A stretch of DNA of 64,000 bases from Candidatus Obscuribacterales bacterium. GTDB taxonomy: Bacteria > Cyanobacteriota > Vampirovibrionia > Obscuribacterales > Obscuribacteraceae. The stretch spans positions 657,519-721,518 of the forward strand of contig JAHBVO010000002.1 of NCBI GenBank assembly GCA_019637435.1, read 5' to 3'. Every line of letters starts with the position of its first letter. Within the stretch, counting starts at the first letter, position 1. A program made the translations under genes and the position numbers. The notes below the pieces were generated by a model that was given only the letters and a program-made list of their open reading frames with translations, was not told where the DNA came from and did no database searches. Below, piece by piece: positions 47,393 to 55,651 of the stretch.

Positions 47393-47534
47393 TAACAACG
47401 TTGAAACGGTTAACGACGAAGATGACCGTACCGGTCTTCCGTGGCCGTCTAGCTGGAAATCAGCTTACGCACTTGTAGTCTGTTGTTTTGGCCTCTGGCT
47501 TTCCCTACTAGTTGCCCTGGGGACTGTCAAATGA
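47382..47534 (+). CDS. Small (50 aa) single-TM protein translationally coupled to the symporter gene
   Basis: Not in the ORF track because it is under 60 aa. Reads MSTDNNVETVNDEDDRTGLPWPSSWKSAYALVVCCFGLWLSLLVALGTVK. It overlaps the upstream stop by 11 nt, and its TGA overlaps the symporter ATG (ATGA). Confidence 0.45.
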   Translation: MSTDNNVETVNDEDDRTGLPWPSSWKSAYALVVCCFGLWLSLLVALGTVK

Positions 47535-49399
47535 ACGAGCTCGATATCGCGGTACTCGTAGGCACCATATTTAGTATCTCCATATATGGCGTTTGGCGCA
47601 CCCGACATCGGCACGACCTGAATAGTTATTTGAAGGGAAAAGGTCAGATGCCCTGGTGGGCAATTGGGCTCTCCGTCATGGCGACTCAGGCTAGCGCAAT
47701 CACATTTCTCTCTACACCTGGTCAGGGTTATCTGAGCGGATTGAGCTTTGTACAGATATATTTTGGTGTGCCGTTAGCTCTTATCATCATATCTATCTTC
47801 TTCCTGCCAATTTTTCACAGGCTGAATGTATACACGGCGTATGAGTATCTGGAGAAACGATTTGATGCGAAGACGCGCTTGCTGGGTGCTGTCCTCTTTC
47901 TCCTTCAGCGTGGCATCGGTGCAGGACTCACTATTTACGCACCAGCTATAGTGCTCTCTACCGTATTCGGATGGTCGTTACAGGCGACAATCATTTGCAG
48001 CGGTTTAGTTGTTACCGCCTACACCATGATGGGTGGAACAGACGCTGTGACGGTCACTCAAAAGTATCAACTGACCATTATTTTTCTCGGCATGATTACT
48101 GCTGGGTGCCTTCTAATTTCCAAGCTTCCGGCGGATCTCTCGTTTGTTGATGCGATGAATGTAGCTGGCGGTTTTCAAAAGCTAAACGCAGTAAATTTTT
48201 CGACAAACATGAGCGAGCGTTACACCTTTTGGTCCGGATTGTTGGGCGGAACGTTCTTAATGCTTTCGTACTTTGGGGCTGACCAGTCTCAAGTTCAGCG
48301 TTATATATCCGGAACATCAGTACGCGAAAGTCGGCTTGGATTGCTGTTTAACGCGATCTTCAAGATTCCCATGCAATTTGGAATTTTAATGCTTGGGGTG
48401 CTGATGTTTGTGTTTTATCAATTTAAACAGCCGCCGTTATTTTTCGACACGACGGCAAATCGTTACGTTCAAAGTCAGCGTCAGGTTGCGCAGGAAGAAC
48501 CTGGAAGCAGCAACAGGTTGCTTGATTTAGAGAATCAGTTCCACTTGACGCATGCTACCACGAAGGGACACCTGGAAAGTTGGCTGCAAGCGAAACACGC
48601 GGGAGATCTTAAGACTGCAGAAATGGAATTTGCAGCAGCAGCTGCTGCTCAGGCCGAAGGAGAGAAAATTAGAGCGGCTGCGGCAGAACAACTGACAGCG
48701 AAGAGCCAGGTGGAAGCGAATGGTGCCGTGGAAACGAAAAGTTCAGCGACCGAGCCGGCGAGTTCATCAGCGAATGGCGCGACCAACGCGCCTGCCACCC
48801 GACAGACCACCAGTGCCGGTGCTAAAGTGCCTGTAACCGCGCCGACGAAGGCGAATAACGCTGACTATGTTTTCATAACATTCATTCTGCAAGAGCTTCC
48901 TCATGGGGTCATCGGTTTGCTCGTAACTGCGTTTTTCCTCGCGGCTTTATCATCCAAAGCCGCAGAGCTAAACGCGTTGGGTACGAGTACGACAATCGAT
49001 TTCTATAGAATGTTGATCAAGCGTGACGCGAGTGATAAAGAAAGTGTTCTGGTAACCCGTGCGTTCACAGCATTCTGGGGTGTCGTGGCCGTTTTAATCG
49101 CGCTTTATGCTCATTTGTCGGAAAATTTGATTCAAGCGGTCAACATTCTCGGTTCGATCTTTTACGGCGTTCTATTGGCACTATTTCTGGTGGCATTCTT
49201 CATTAAACGAGTAGGCGGAACGGCAATCTTCTGGTCTGCTCTCGTTGCGCAATTGATGGTCTTTTGCCTCTATTACACGCTTACAATTTCCTATCTCTGG
49301 TTTCCCCTCATTGGTTGCGCCGCATGTGTGATACTCAGCATCATCGTGCAGATGTTTATAGGTAAAAATCAAAAGGTAATCGAAAACTACGGAACATGA
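47531..49399 (+). CDS. Sodium:solute symporter (SSF) family transporter with a large hydrophilic insertion
   Basis: Multi-TM protein with SSF-like segments (WWAIGLSVMATQASAITFLSTPGQGY, YTAYEYLEKRFD, GADQSQVQRY). Start taken at the ATG at 47531. Confidence 0.85.
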   Translation: MNELDIAVLVGTIFSISIYGVWRTRHRHDLNSYLKGKGQMPWWAIGLSVMATQASAITFLSTPGQGYLSGLSFVQIYFGVPLALIIISIFFLPIFHRLNVYTAYEYLEKRFDAKTRLLGAVLFLLQRGIGAGLTIYAPAIVLSTVFGWSLQATIICSGLVVTAYTMMGGTDAVTVTQKYQLTIIFLGMITAGCLLISKLPADLSFVDAMNVAGGFQKLNAVNFSTNMSERYTFWSGLLGGTFLMLSYFGADQSQVQRYISGTSVRESRLGLLFNAIFKIPMQFGILMLGVLMFVFYQFKQPPLFFDTTANRYVQSQRQVAQEEPGSSNRLLDLENQFHLTHATTKGHLESWLQAKHAGDLKTAEMEFAAAAAAQAEGEKIRAAAAEQLTAKSQVEANGAVETKSSATEPASSSANGATNAPATRQTTSAGAKVPVTAPTKANNADYVFITFILQELPHGVIGLLVTAFFLAALSSKAAELNALGTSTTIDFYRMLIKRDASDKESVLVTRAFTAFWGVVAVLIALYAHLSENLIQAVNILGSIFYGVLLALFLVAFFIKRVGGTAIFWSALVAQLMVFCLYYTLTISYLWFPLIGCAACVILSIIVQMFIGKNQKVIENYGT

Positions 49400-50184
49400 C
49401 ATCACCAATAATATGTTTTGGCCAACAACCCTGCGGTTTCTTTCCGAAGCGATTTCTTGTTGCGAAGATACAGACTGCGCGGCGTCTGCAAAAGGAGATC
49501 GGCGGCGAGGTCGTCTTCTTCTTCCATGACAGTGATCATGACCCGCGTGAAACGAAAACGATTTTGCGCCACAAGACCACTGACGAAGTAGCTCAGCTCA
49601 ATTTCACTTATGAGAATAAAACGCAGCGAAAATTTTCGCCTCTGTATTTGAAACGCATTCCCGCCGATTGGCAGGAGAAAACCGCTGCTCAGCTGCGTAA
49701 CTACGTTGATGCTTCGATGATTGAATTGTTTAGGAGCGTCAAAGCTGACACCGTAGCCGACTTCTGTCTGGAAATGTACCGCTCCATGGGTTTCCTCGAA
49801 GGAGTAAGAATAGTCAGGTCTAGCGACAAGGAGTTTCGGCGAGGCGCCTGTGACATTGATGATTTTTTTGTAGACGTAGCGGTGAATGGGAATAGTAAGT
49901 TAGACCCTGAAATCGTCCGCGCGCGCTTTGCGGACAATGTTCTAAAACTCCACGAGGGCGGAGATAAGTTTTTGGACCTGCCGATGATTGATTTTACGAA
50001 AGAGCAAATTAGTCCGTCGCGTGACAGCCGCCTGAAGTGGATGCAGTCTGTTCTTCACTGCACGCATTACATTGCCGGAGCGAGTGAGCAGGACTATCTG
50101 CGCAAAGAGGATGCGCCCGAAATAGAGTATATTACGCGTGATACCATTGACCGCTCGGAGGAGGCGCACATTGAGCTCAGCTAA
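49396..50184 (+). CDS. Short BshC-like protein (N-terminal Rossmann-like part of the putative bacillithiol cysteine ligase family)
   Basis: CFGQQPCGFFPKRFLVAKIQTARRLQKEIGGEVVFFFHDSDHDPRE parallels the B. subtilis BshC core GGQQAGLLTGPLYTIHK...LAK...VIPIFWVAGEDHDLDE. The start overlaps the symporter stop (ATGA). At 262 aa it is about half the ~540 aa of BshC. Confidence 0.5.
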   Translation: MTSPIICFGQQPCGFFPKRFLVAKIQTARRLQKEIGGEVVFFFHDSDHDPRETKTILRHKTTDEVAQLNFTYENKTQRKFSPLYLKRIPADWQEKTAAQLRNYVDASMIELFRSVKADTVADFCLEMYRSMGFLEGVRIVRSSDKEFRRGACDIDDFFVDVAVNGNSKLDPEIVRARFADNVLKLHEGGDKFLDLPMIDFTKEQISPSRDSRLKWMQSVLHCTHYIAGASEQDYLRKEDAPEIEYITRDTIDRSEEAHIELS

Positions 50185-50887
50185 TTCTGTCTTGATCTTC
50201 GGAGCGCATCCGGACGATATTGAATTCGGTTGCGGTGGAGTCATTAAGATTGAAACAAAGAATGGTCGGAAGGCTCACTTCGTCGTGACCTCTAAAGGCG
50301 AGGCCGGTACCAGCGGAACGCCGGAAACCCGTGTTGCGGAATCTAAAAAAGCGGCCGAGATTCTTGGCGCAACCATTGAGTTCATCGAGTTCGAGGGGGA
50401 CTCTCATCTTGAAATGAAGGTCGAGCATACGATAAAGCTAGCTGAGATCATTCGACGCGAGCAACCATCGACCGTGCTTGCTCCTACGTGCGTGGAGAAT
50501 CAACATCCGGATCATGCTCGCTTGGGTAAACTGGTGCGAGACGCGGCTCGCCTTGCTCGATACGGAGGTCTGAAGGAGCTTCTGGCATTGAAGGCTCATG
50601 CGATCGAACAATTGCTGTTTTACGCAGTGACACCGGAAGCGGTGCCACGTGATGTTACGTCGATTTTGATAGATATTTCCGAACCTGATGTCCTGAACGC
50701 CTGGACCGATGCGATGAAGGCTCATGCTTCTCAAGCTTCCACTCGCAACTATCTTGAGATGCAGTTGACTCGCGCCAGACTCCTTGGAGCGCAGGCGGGT
50801 CTAGAGCACGCTATCGCGCTTTACCCTAACGACCCTCTCATATTCGATTCGCTTTCTCAAACCGGTAAAGGAGCGCGACGTTTTTAA
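50138..50887 (+). CDS. bshB: PIG-L family deacetylase, BshB-like (GlcNAc-malate deacetylase)
   Basis: VLIFGAHPDDIEFGCGG and ENQHPDHARLG are zinc-ligand motifs of the LmbE/BshB family. It sits immediately upstream of bshA. The start may be the TTG at 50171. Confidence 0.75.
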   Translation: MIPLTARRRRTLSSANSVLIFGAHPDDIEFGCGGVIKIETKNGRKAHFVVTSKGEAGTSGTPETRVAESKKAAEILGATIEFIEFEGDSHLEMKVEHTIKLAEIIRREQPSTVLAPTCVENQHPDHARLGKLVRDAARLARYGGLKELLALKAHAIEQLLFYAVTPEAVPRDVTSILIDISEPDVLNAWTDAMKAHASQASTRNYLEMQLTRARLLGAQAGLEHAIALYPNDPLIFDSLSQTGKGARRF

Positions 50888-50888
50888 C

Positions 50889-52070
50889 ATGACCCCCAGG
50901 AATCCATTGAAAATTGGCATCAGCTGTTATCCGTCGGTCGGCGGAAGCGGTGTGATTGCGACGACGCTTGGAATTGAGCTTGCTCAGCGTGGACACGAAG
51001 TGCACTTCATCAGTTATGAGCGACCATTTCGTCTGCCGGAGAACGCTCCGAGAATTCACTTTCATCAGGTTGTAATTAACAGCTACGGTCTTTTCAAATA
51101 TCCCGACTACACCCTGCCGCTGTCTGTGGAGATGGCGCGCGTGAGTTGCGTGCACGACCTCGATATCATGCATGTGCATTACGCTGTTCCTCACGCCACA
51201 GCAGCTATTCTTGCGCGGTGCATGTTGCCGCAGGATAAACAGCCGAAGGTTGTCACCACGCTGCACGGCACCGACACTACGCTGCTCGGTGCAGACCCTG
51301 GTTATGGACCGGCTATTCATCACGCTCTTACGCAATCGGATGCGGTTACTAACGTATCATCATTTTTGGAAGCGGAAACTCAGCGCGTGATTGGATACAA
51401 AGGAGCGATGCAAGTAATTTATAACTTCTTCGAGCCGAAACAGCCGTTACGGACTCGCGAAGATGTACGCCGAGAGCTGGGCGTCGGTGACGAGGTGCTG
51501 ATTTTGCACTCGTCGAATTTGCGCCCTATGAAGCGGGTCGATATGCTTTTGGAAACAGTCTCTCGCATTCAACCACGCGATAAAGTCAAACTCCTGATTC
51601 TTGCTGGAGCAGATTTCAAGCCGTTTAGCGACGATGTAAGCCGGCTTGGTTTGGCGGACAGTATTATCGTACGCGAGAACGTACTCGACATCGAAGAGTA
51701 TTTGCAAGCCGCTGACCTCTCGCTGTATACATCGGAAAGCGAAAGTTTTTGCTTGAGTATTTTGGAAGCGATGTTCTTCGGCTGCCCAAGCGTCGCCACT
51801 AATGTCGGTGGCATCCCAGAGGTTGTGGAGAACGGTGTTGACGGTTTGCTCGTGCCGTTTGGAGATGTTGATGGCTTAGCTCGCGAAGTCCAGCGCTTAG
51901 TTGATGATGTTGATGAGCGGAAAAAATTAGGTGCAGCTGCCCTCGCGAACGCGCGCAAACGATTTTCTGCTGATGCTATTATTCCGCAATATGAGGATCT
52001 CTATTGGGCGTTGCTGCGGAAACCGCCTGTGGCTGCTGGAAGTGCGGTCGTTTCTTGTTCAGACGAGTAA
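50889..52070 (+). CDS. bshA: N-acetyl-alpha-D-glucosaminyl L-malate synthase BshA (GT4 glycosyltransferase)
   Basis: LKIGISCYPSVGGSGVIATTLGIELAQRGHEVHFIS...FKYPDYTLPL...HVHYAVPHA...VTTLHGTDTTLLG closely parallels B. subtilis BshA. C-terminal ESESFCLSILEAMFFGCP..GGIPEVV. Confidence 0.85.
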   Translation: MTPRNPLKIGISCYPSVGGSGVIATTLGIELAQRGHEVHFISYERPFRLPENAPRIHFHQVVINSYGLFKYPDYTLPLSVEMARVSCVHDLDIMHVHYAVPHATAAILARCMLPQDKQPKVVTTLHGTDTTLLGADPGYGPAIHHALTQSDAVTNVSSFLEAETQRVIGYKGAMQVIYNFFEPKQPLRTREDVRRELGVGDEVLILHSSNLRPMKRVDMLLETVSRIQPRDKVKLLILAGADFKPFSDDVSRLGLADSIIVRENVLDIEEYLQAADLSLYTSESESFCLSILEAMFFGCPSVATNVGGIPEVVENGVDGLLVPFGDVDGLAREVQRLVDDVDERKKLGAAALANARKRFSADAIIPQYEDLYWALLRKPPVAAGSAVVSCSDE

Positions 52071-52218
52071 TTAAACGGTTCTCCGCCGTCCTCTTCTGTG
52101 GTTCCCAACTTCTAAACAACAATTCTCGGACGCTCGTGTTTCAATGGCTTCCTAATTTACTAACTTGGCGATGTATGATTGGTGTCGCTATCCGCTATCG
52201 AGTATTTCAGGATTGAAT

Positions 52219-52902
52219 ATGAAACTCAAAAACGCGCTTATATCATCCCTTGTCTTTTGGTCTTGTGCGACGGCTGCGCAGGCGTCGAACATACTTGAGC
52301 TGTTTGAGTATCATGGTGATGAAGTCAAAATCAAACCAGGTCAAAGCTGGCTTGGACTGTACAGCTCTGGCGGCAAGTACGAGTTGAAACCCACAAAGGT
52401 TGCGGTGACGACGGTGCAGGATCAGATTCTTGATGAAGAGGCAGGGCAGAAGACGGGGAAGAAAATTTCGGTTCCTGGAAAGGAGAAACCGATTTATGTT
52501 ATCGGTGGTGTTTCTGGTCTGAAAGCTGGAGCTGTTCCTGCCGGGGTGCCTCTCAAGAAAGAGTTTCTGGACGTTGGGCAGAAGCTGAATTTGAAGGTTG
52601 GTAGCAGTCAGGCGACGCTCGTGATCTCCGGCACTAAGAAAGGTGAGTATCGCAATAACTATTCGATTACGCTTGAAAGTGGCGGCACTAAACAGCTCAT
52701 CATGAAGGCGTCGCAGATTGGCGAGGACACTACGCCAAAACTTTTGTGGTGCGGCGACCTGGATGGTGACGGTAAGTTAGATTTGATTATGGACACGACC
52801 GACAACTACAACGTAAGCAACGTTGTGCTGCTCTTGTCCAGCAAAGCTAAGCCCGGAAAACTTGTTGAGCAAGTTGCCGTGCAACATTCAACAGGTTGCT
52901 AG
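52219..52902 (+). CDS. Hypothetical secreted protein
   Basis: Signal peptide MKLKNALISSLVFWSCATAAQA. Contains a DLDGDGKLD calcium-loop-like motif. Confidence 0.5.
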   Translation: MKLKNALISSLVFWSCATAAQASNILELFEYHGDEVKIKPGQSWLGLYSSGGKYELKPTKVAVTTVQDQILDEEAGQKTGKKISVPGKEKPIYVIGGVSGLKAGAVPAGVPLKKEFLDVGQKLNLKVGSSQATLVISGTKKGEYRNNYSITLESGGTKQLIMKASQIGEDTTPKLLWCGDLDGDGKLDLIMDTTDNYNVSNVVLLLSSKAKPGKLVEQVAVQHSTGC

Positions 52903-52936
52903 CCTTAATGTGTCGTTTAGCTCGAGCGTTTCGAAA

Positions 52937-54862
52937 TTAACGCGCCGATAAGCGAGATTTGAAACGCCCTTGCGTGCTTCCGGAATGTCGTCTGCCGTCC
53001 GCAGATGGTCTGCCGAAAGAAGGCTTGCCATCTTGGTTTTGACGCGGACCGCGACCGAATTTGTCACGGCGGTGATCACCGTTTGAAGGCTTGTCACCGT
53101 AGCGAGGTTTTTCGCCATAACGTGGTTTGTCACCGTTTGAAGGCTTGTCGCCGTAGCGAGGTTTTTCGCCGTAACGTGGTTTGTCACCGTTTGAAGGCTT
53201 GTCACCGTAGCGAGGTTTTTCACCGTAACGTGGTTTGTCACCGTTTGAAGGCTTGTCACCGTAGCGAGGTTTTTCGCCGTAACGTGGTTTATCACCGTTT
53301 GAAGGCTTGTCACCGTAGCGAGGTTTTTCACCGTAACGTGGTTTATCACCGTTTGAAGGCTTGTCACCGTAGCGAGGTTTTTCACCGTAACGTGGTTTGT
53401 CACCGTTCGACGGCTTGTCGCCATATCGAGCTCTTTCTCCGTAACGCGGCTTGTCTTTGAATGAACGTGCTGCACCACCAGTGGTTCGCTGTCCATTGCC
53501 TCGACCGCCGCTTTCGCGATTCTTCGTTCCGAATGCATTTCGCTCGTCTTCATCGAAACTGCGCTCCGCACGTACTGCTTCAGTGCGAACAGTTTTCGTA
53601 ACTTGAACAACTTCAACTGGCATTTCGCCAACTGCCGCGTCGTCGCCTTTCGCCAGATCTCCACCTTCACCGTGACGACCGGATCTATTGATCTTCCGCT
53701 GCTTTCTCGCTTTGCGTCTCTTCGAGTTCCCTTCGCCGGGCTCTGGCGTAGGTGCTTCACCGACCATCTCCATTTTTCTTCCCGTGACTTTCTCGATATC
53801 ACGGACGAGGTGGCGTTGCTCACGGCTCACGAACGAAAGCGCGATACCTGAACGACCAGCGCGACCGGTTCTACCAATACGGTGTACGAAGTCCGGTGCC
53901 GAATCCGGCAAGTCGTAGTTAATTACGTGACTGATTGAAGGAATATCTAACCCTCTTGCCGCAACGTCGGTTGCTACAAGAACGGAGAACTCGCCACTTC
54001 TATAGCGTTTCAACGTGGCATCGCGCTTGTTTTGCGAAACATCTCCGTGTATTTCTTCCGCCACCACATCCGATGCCGTTAAAAACTTTCGGACTCTTTT
54101 GACTCGGCCGCGAGTTCTTGCAAACACAATTACCGAATCGACTTCCGGTTTGTCTTTGATGAGCTCAATAAGGAGATTGTTCTTCTCGTCTTCGGTTACG
54201 TGGTAAGCCCGTTGCTCGATTGCGATCGGCTCCAAACGTTCGGTGTTTACAGCTACGCGAACGGGATCGGTTAGAAAGACTGCAGCAGTTTGCTCGATCT
54301 TCTTGTCGATGGTTGCTGAGAACATCAGCGTTTGCTCGCGGCTTTGCAGATATTTGACGATTTGCTTGACCTGAGGCATGAAGCCCATATCTAGCATTCT
54401 ATCCGCTTCGTCGAGTACGAGGGTTTTCACATTCGATAAGTCGACATTGTTCCGTTTAATGTGGTCGAACAGGCGTCCGGGAGTTGCAACTATGACATCA
54501 ACGCCGCGCTTGAGCAGGCGAGTCTGTTTGTCATAACCGGTGCCACCGTATATGGTGACGCTGCGCATGCCGCAACCGTTTGCGAAACGGTCGAACTCTG
54601 TTTGTACCTGAACGGCTAGCTCGCGAGTCGGCACTAAAACCAGAACGCGCGGCAGTTTTTCCGAGTTATTCTTGATGAACTGTAAGATTGGAACAGCGTA
54701 CGCCGCGGTCTTGCCGGAGCCGGTCTCCGCTGACGCCATCAAGTCCTGGCCAGCGAGAACGACCGGGATAGTCTTCTCTTGTATCTCCGTGGGCTCGACA
54801 AAGCCGATTTTTTCCAAGGCGCCGGTGGCTCGCTTGGACAACCCAAGATCACTAAAATTCAT
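52937..54862 (-). CDS. DEAD-box ATP-dependent RNA helicase with a repetitive basic C-terminal tail
   Basis: Q-motif region FSDLGLS..GFVEPTEIQ, AETGSGKT, PTRELA, DEAD (LVLDEADRMLD), SAT and HRIGRTGRAG. The tail is (RYGDKPSNGDKPRYGEKP)x6. Start taken at the Met at 54862. Confidence 0.9.
   Translation of the reverse strand: MNFSDLGLSKRATGALEKIGFVEPTEIQEKTIPVVLAGQDLMASAETGSGKTAAYAVPILQFIKNNSEKLPRVLVLVPTRELAVQVQTEFDRFANGCGMRSVTIYGGTGYDKQTRLLKRGVDVIVATPGRLFDHIKRNNVDLSNVKTLVLDEADRMLDMGFMPQVKQIVKYLQSREQTLMFSATIDKKIEQTAAVFLTDPVRVAVNTERLEPIAIEQRAYHVTEDEKNNLLIELIKDKPEVDSVIVFARTRGRVKRVRKFLTASDVVAEEIHGDVSQNKRDATLKRYRSGEFSVLVATDVAARGLDIPSISHVINYDLPDSAPDFVHRIGRTGRAGRSGIALSFVSREQRHLVRDIEKVTGRKMEMVGEAPTPEPGEGNSKRRKARKQRKINRSGRHGEGGDLAKGDDAAVGEMPVEVVQVTKTVRTEAVRAERSFDEDERNAFGTKNRESGGRGNGQRTTGGAARSFKDKPRYGERARYGDKPSNGDKPRYGEKPRYGDKPSNGDKPRYGEKPRYGDKPSNGDKPRYGEKPRYGDKPSNGDKPRYGEKPRYGDKPSNGDKPRYGEKPRYGDKPSNGDKPRYGEKPRYGDKPSNGDHRRDKFGRGPRQNQDGKPSFGRPSADGRRHSGSTQGRFKSRLSAR
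53081..53458. repeat. 54-bp tandem repeat, 6 near-identical copies plus a degenerate seventh, within the helicase C-terminus
   Basis: Units start at 53081, 53135, 53189, 53243, 53297 and 53351. Unit sequence is gtttgaaggcttgtcaccgtagcgaggtttttcgccgtaacgtggtttgtcacc. Confidence 0.9.
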
Positions 54863-55107
54863 TGTTGATTCCTTTGTGTGCGTCTGCTGGTGCGCTTTGA
54901 CTGTCAGTTCCAAGTCCAAAAATTGACCAGCCTGACTCAGACTTGCCGCCTAGTATGGCATACCGGCTCATGACATGTGGGGGATTGTGAAGTTATGCGC
55001 GTGAGAAGATAGTCAGGAGCGATGGTACTGAGTCTCTGAGCCAGTCTTGGAGAAGACAAGAAGCTGTTTTCTTCGCCGGAGATGTCTTGTGAAACCGGCA
55101 TCGCGCA

Positions 55108-55425
55108 TCACAGTTGCTTCAAGGTCTCCTGAACATCTATAAGATGATTGTTGAAAATCTCTTTGGCGACGTCGAGAAGCCTGAAAACAGTAGGGTCTAT
55201 GCAGGAATAGTAAATGTTGTTGCCTTGTTTGCGAGCGGCGACAAGATTCTTGCTTTTCAGCACCGCGAGCTGCTGGGAGACGTTTGGCATCTCAACCTCG
55301 AGACGCTCGGTGATCTCCGAAACCGTTAACTCTTGTTCGCGCAACTGATCGAGAATTCTGATTCTCAGCGGGTTTGCGAGTGCTTTGAAGAACTCGGCTT
55401 TGAATTTTGCTAATTTCTCTGCCAT
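55108..55425 (-). CDS. ArsR/SmtB family transcriptional regulator, divergent from the Hyf-like operon
   Basis: FKALANPLRIRILDQLREQELTVSEITERLEVEMPNVSQQLAVLKSKNLV is a winged-HTH ArsR signature. Confidence 0.85.
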   Translation of the reverse strand: MAEKLAKFKAEFFKALANPLRIRILDQLREQELTVSEITERLEVEMPNVSQQLAVLKSKNLVAARKQGNNIYYSCIDPTVFRLLDVAKEIFNNHLIDVQETLKQL

Positions 55426-55651
55426 TTGTCTTTGACTGAGTGTTTCCTACGAACCTCATTCTACATGCTTTGCATTGGCTGAAAGGTAGTTGTGATCAAC
55501 TTGTGTTCGCCGGAAGTGCCTATCTTGCACGATTTCGGGCGCTTTGCCAGGTTCGCCTCAAGTTGGATGTTTGAACCCGCTGACATCCATGATAAGCTGA
55601 TTGCATAGTTTCGCAATTGCGTAATTAGTTTCGATTAAATCCGGCTTCCTA

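Noticed and set aside
52888-53823. A 311-aa minus-strand ORF and a 151-aa plus-strand ORF across the helicase repeat region.
   Set aside because: These are alternate-frame and antisense readings of the 54-bp repeats. The helicase frame is continuous with the canonical DEAD-box core, so these are shadow ORFs.
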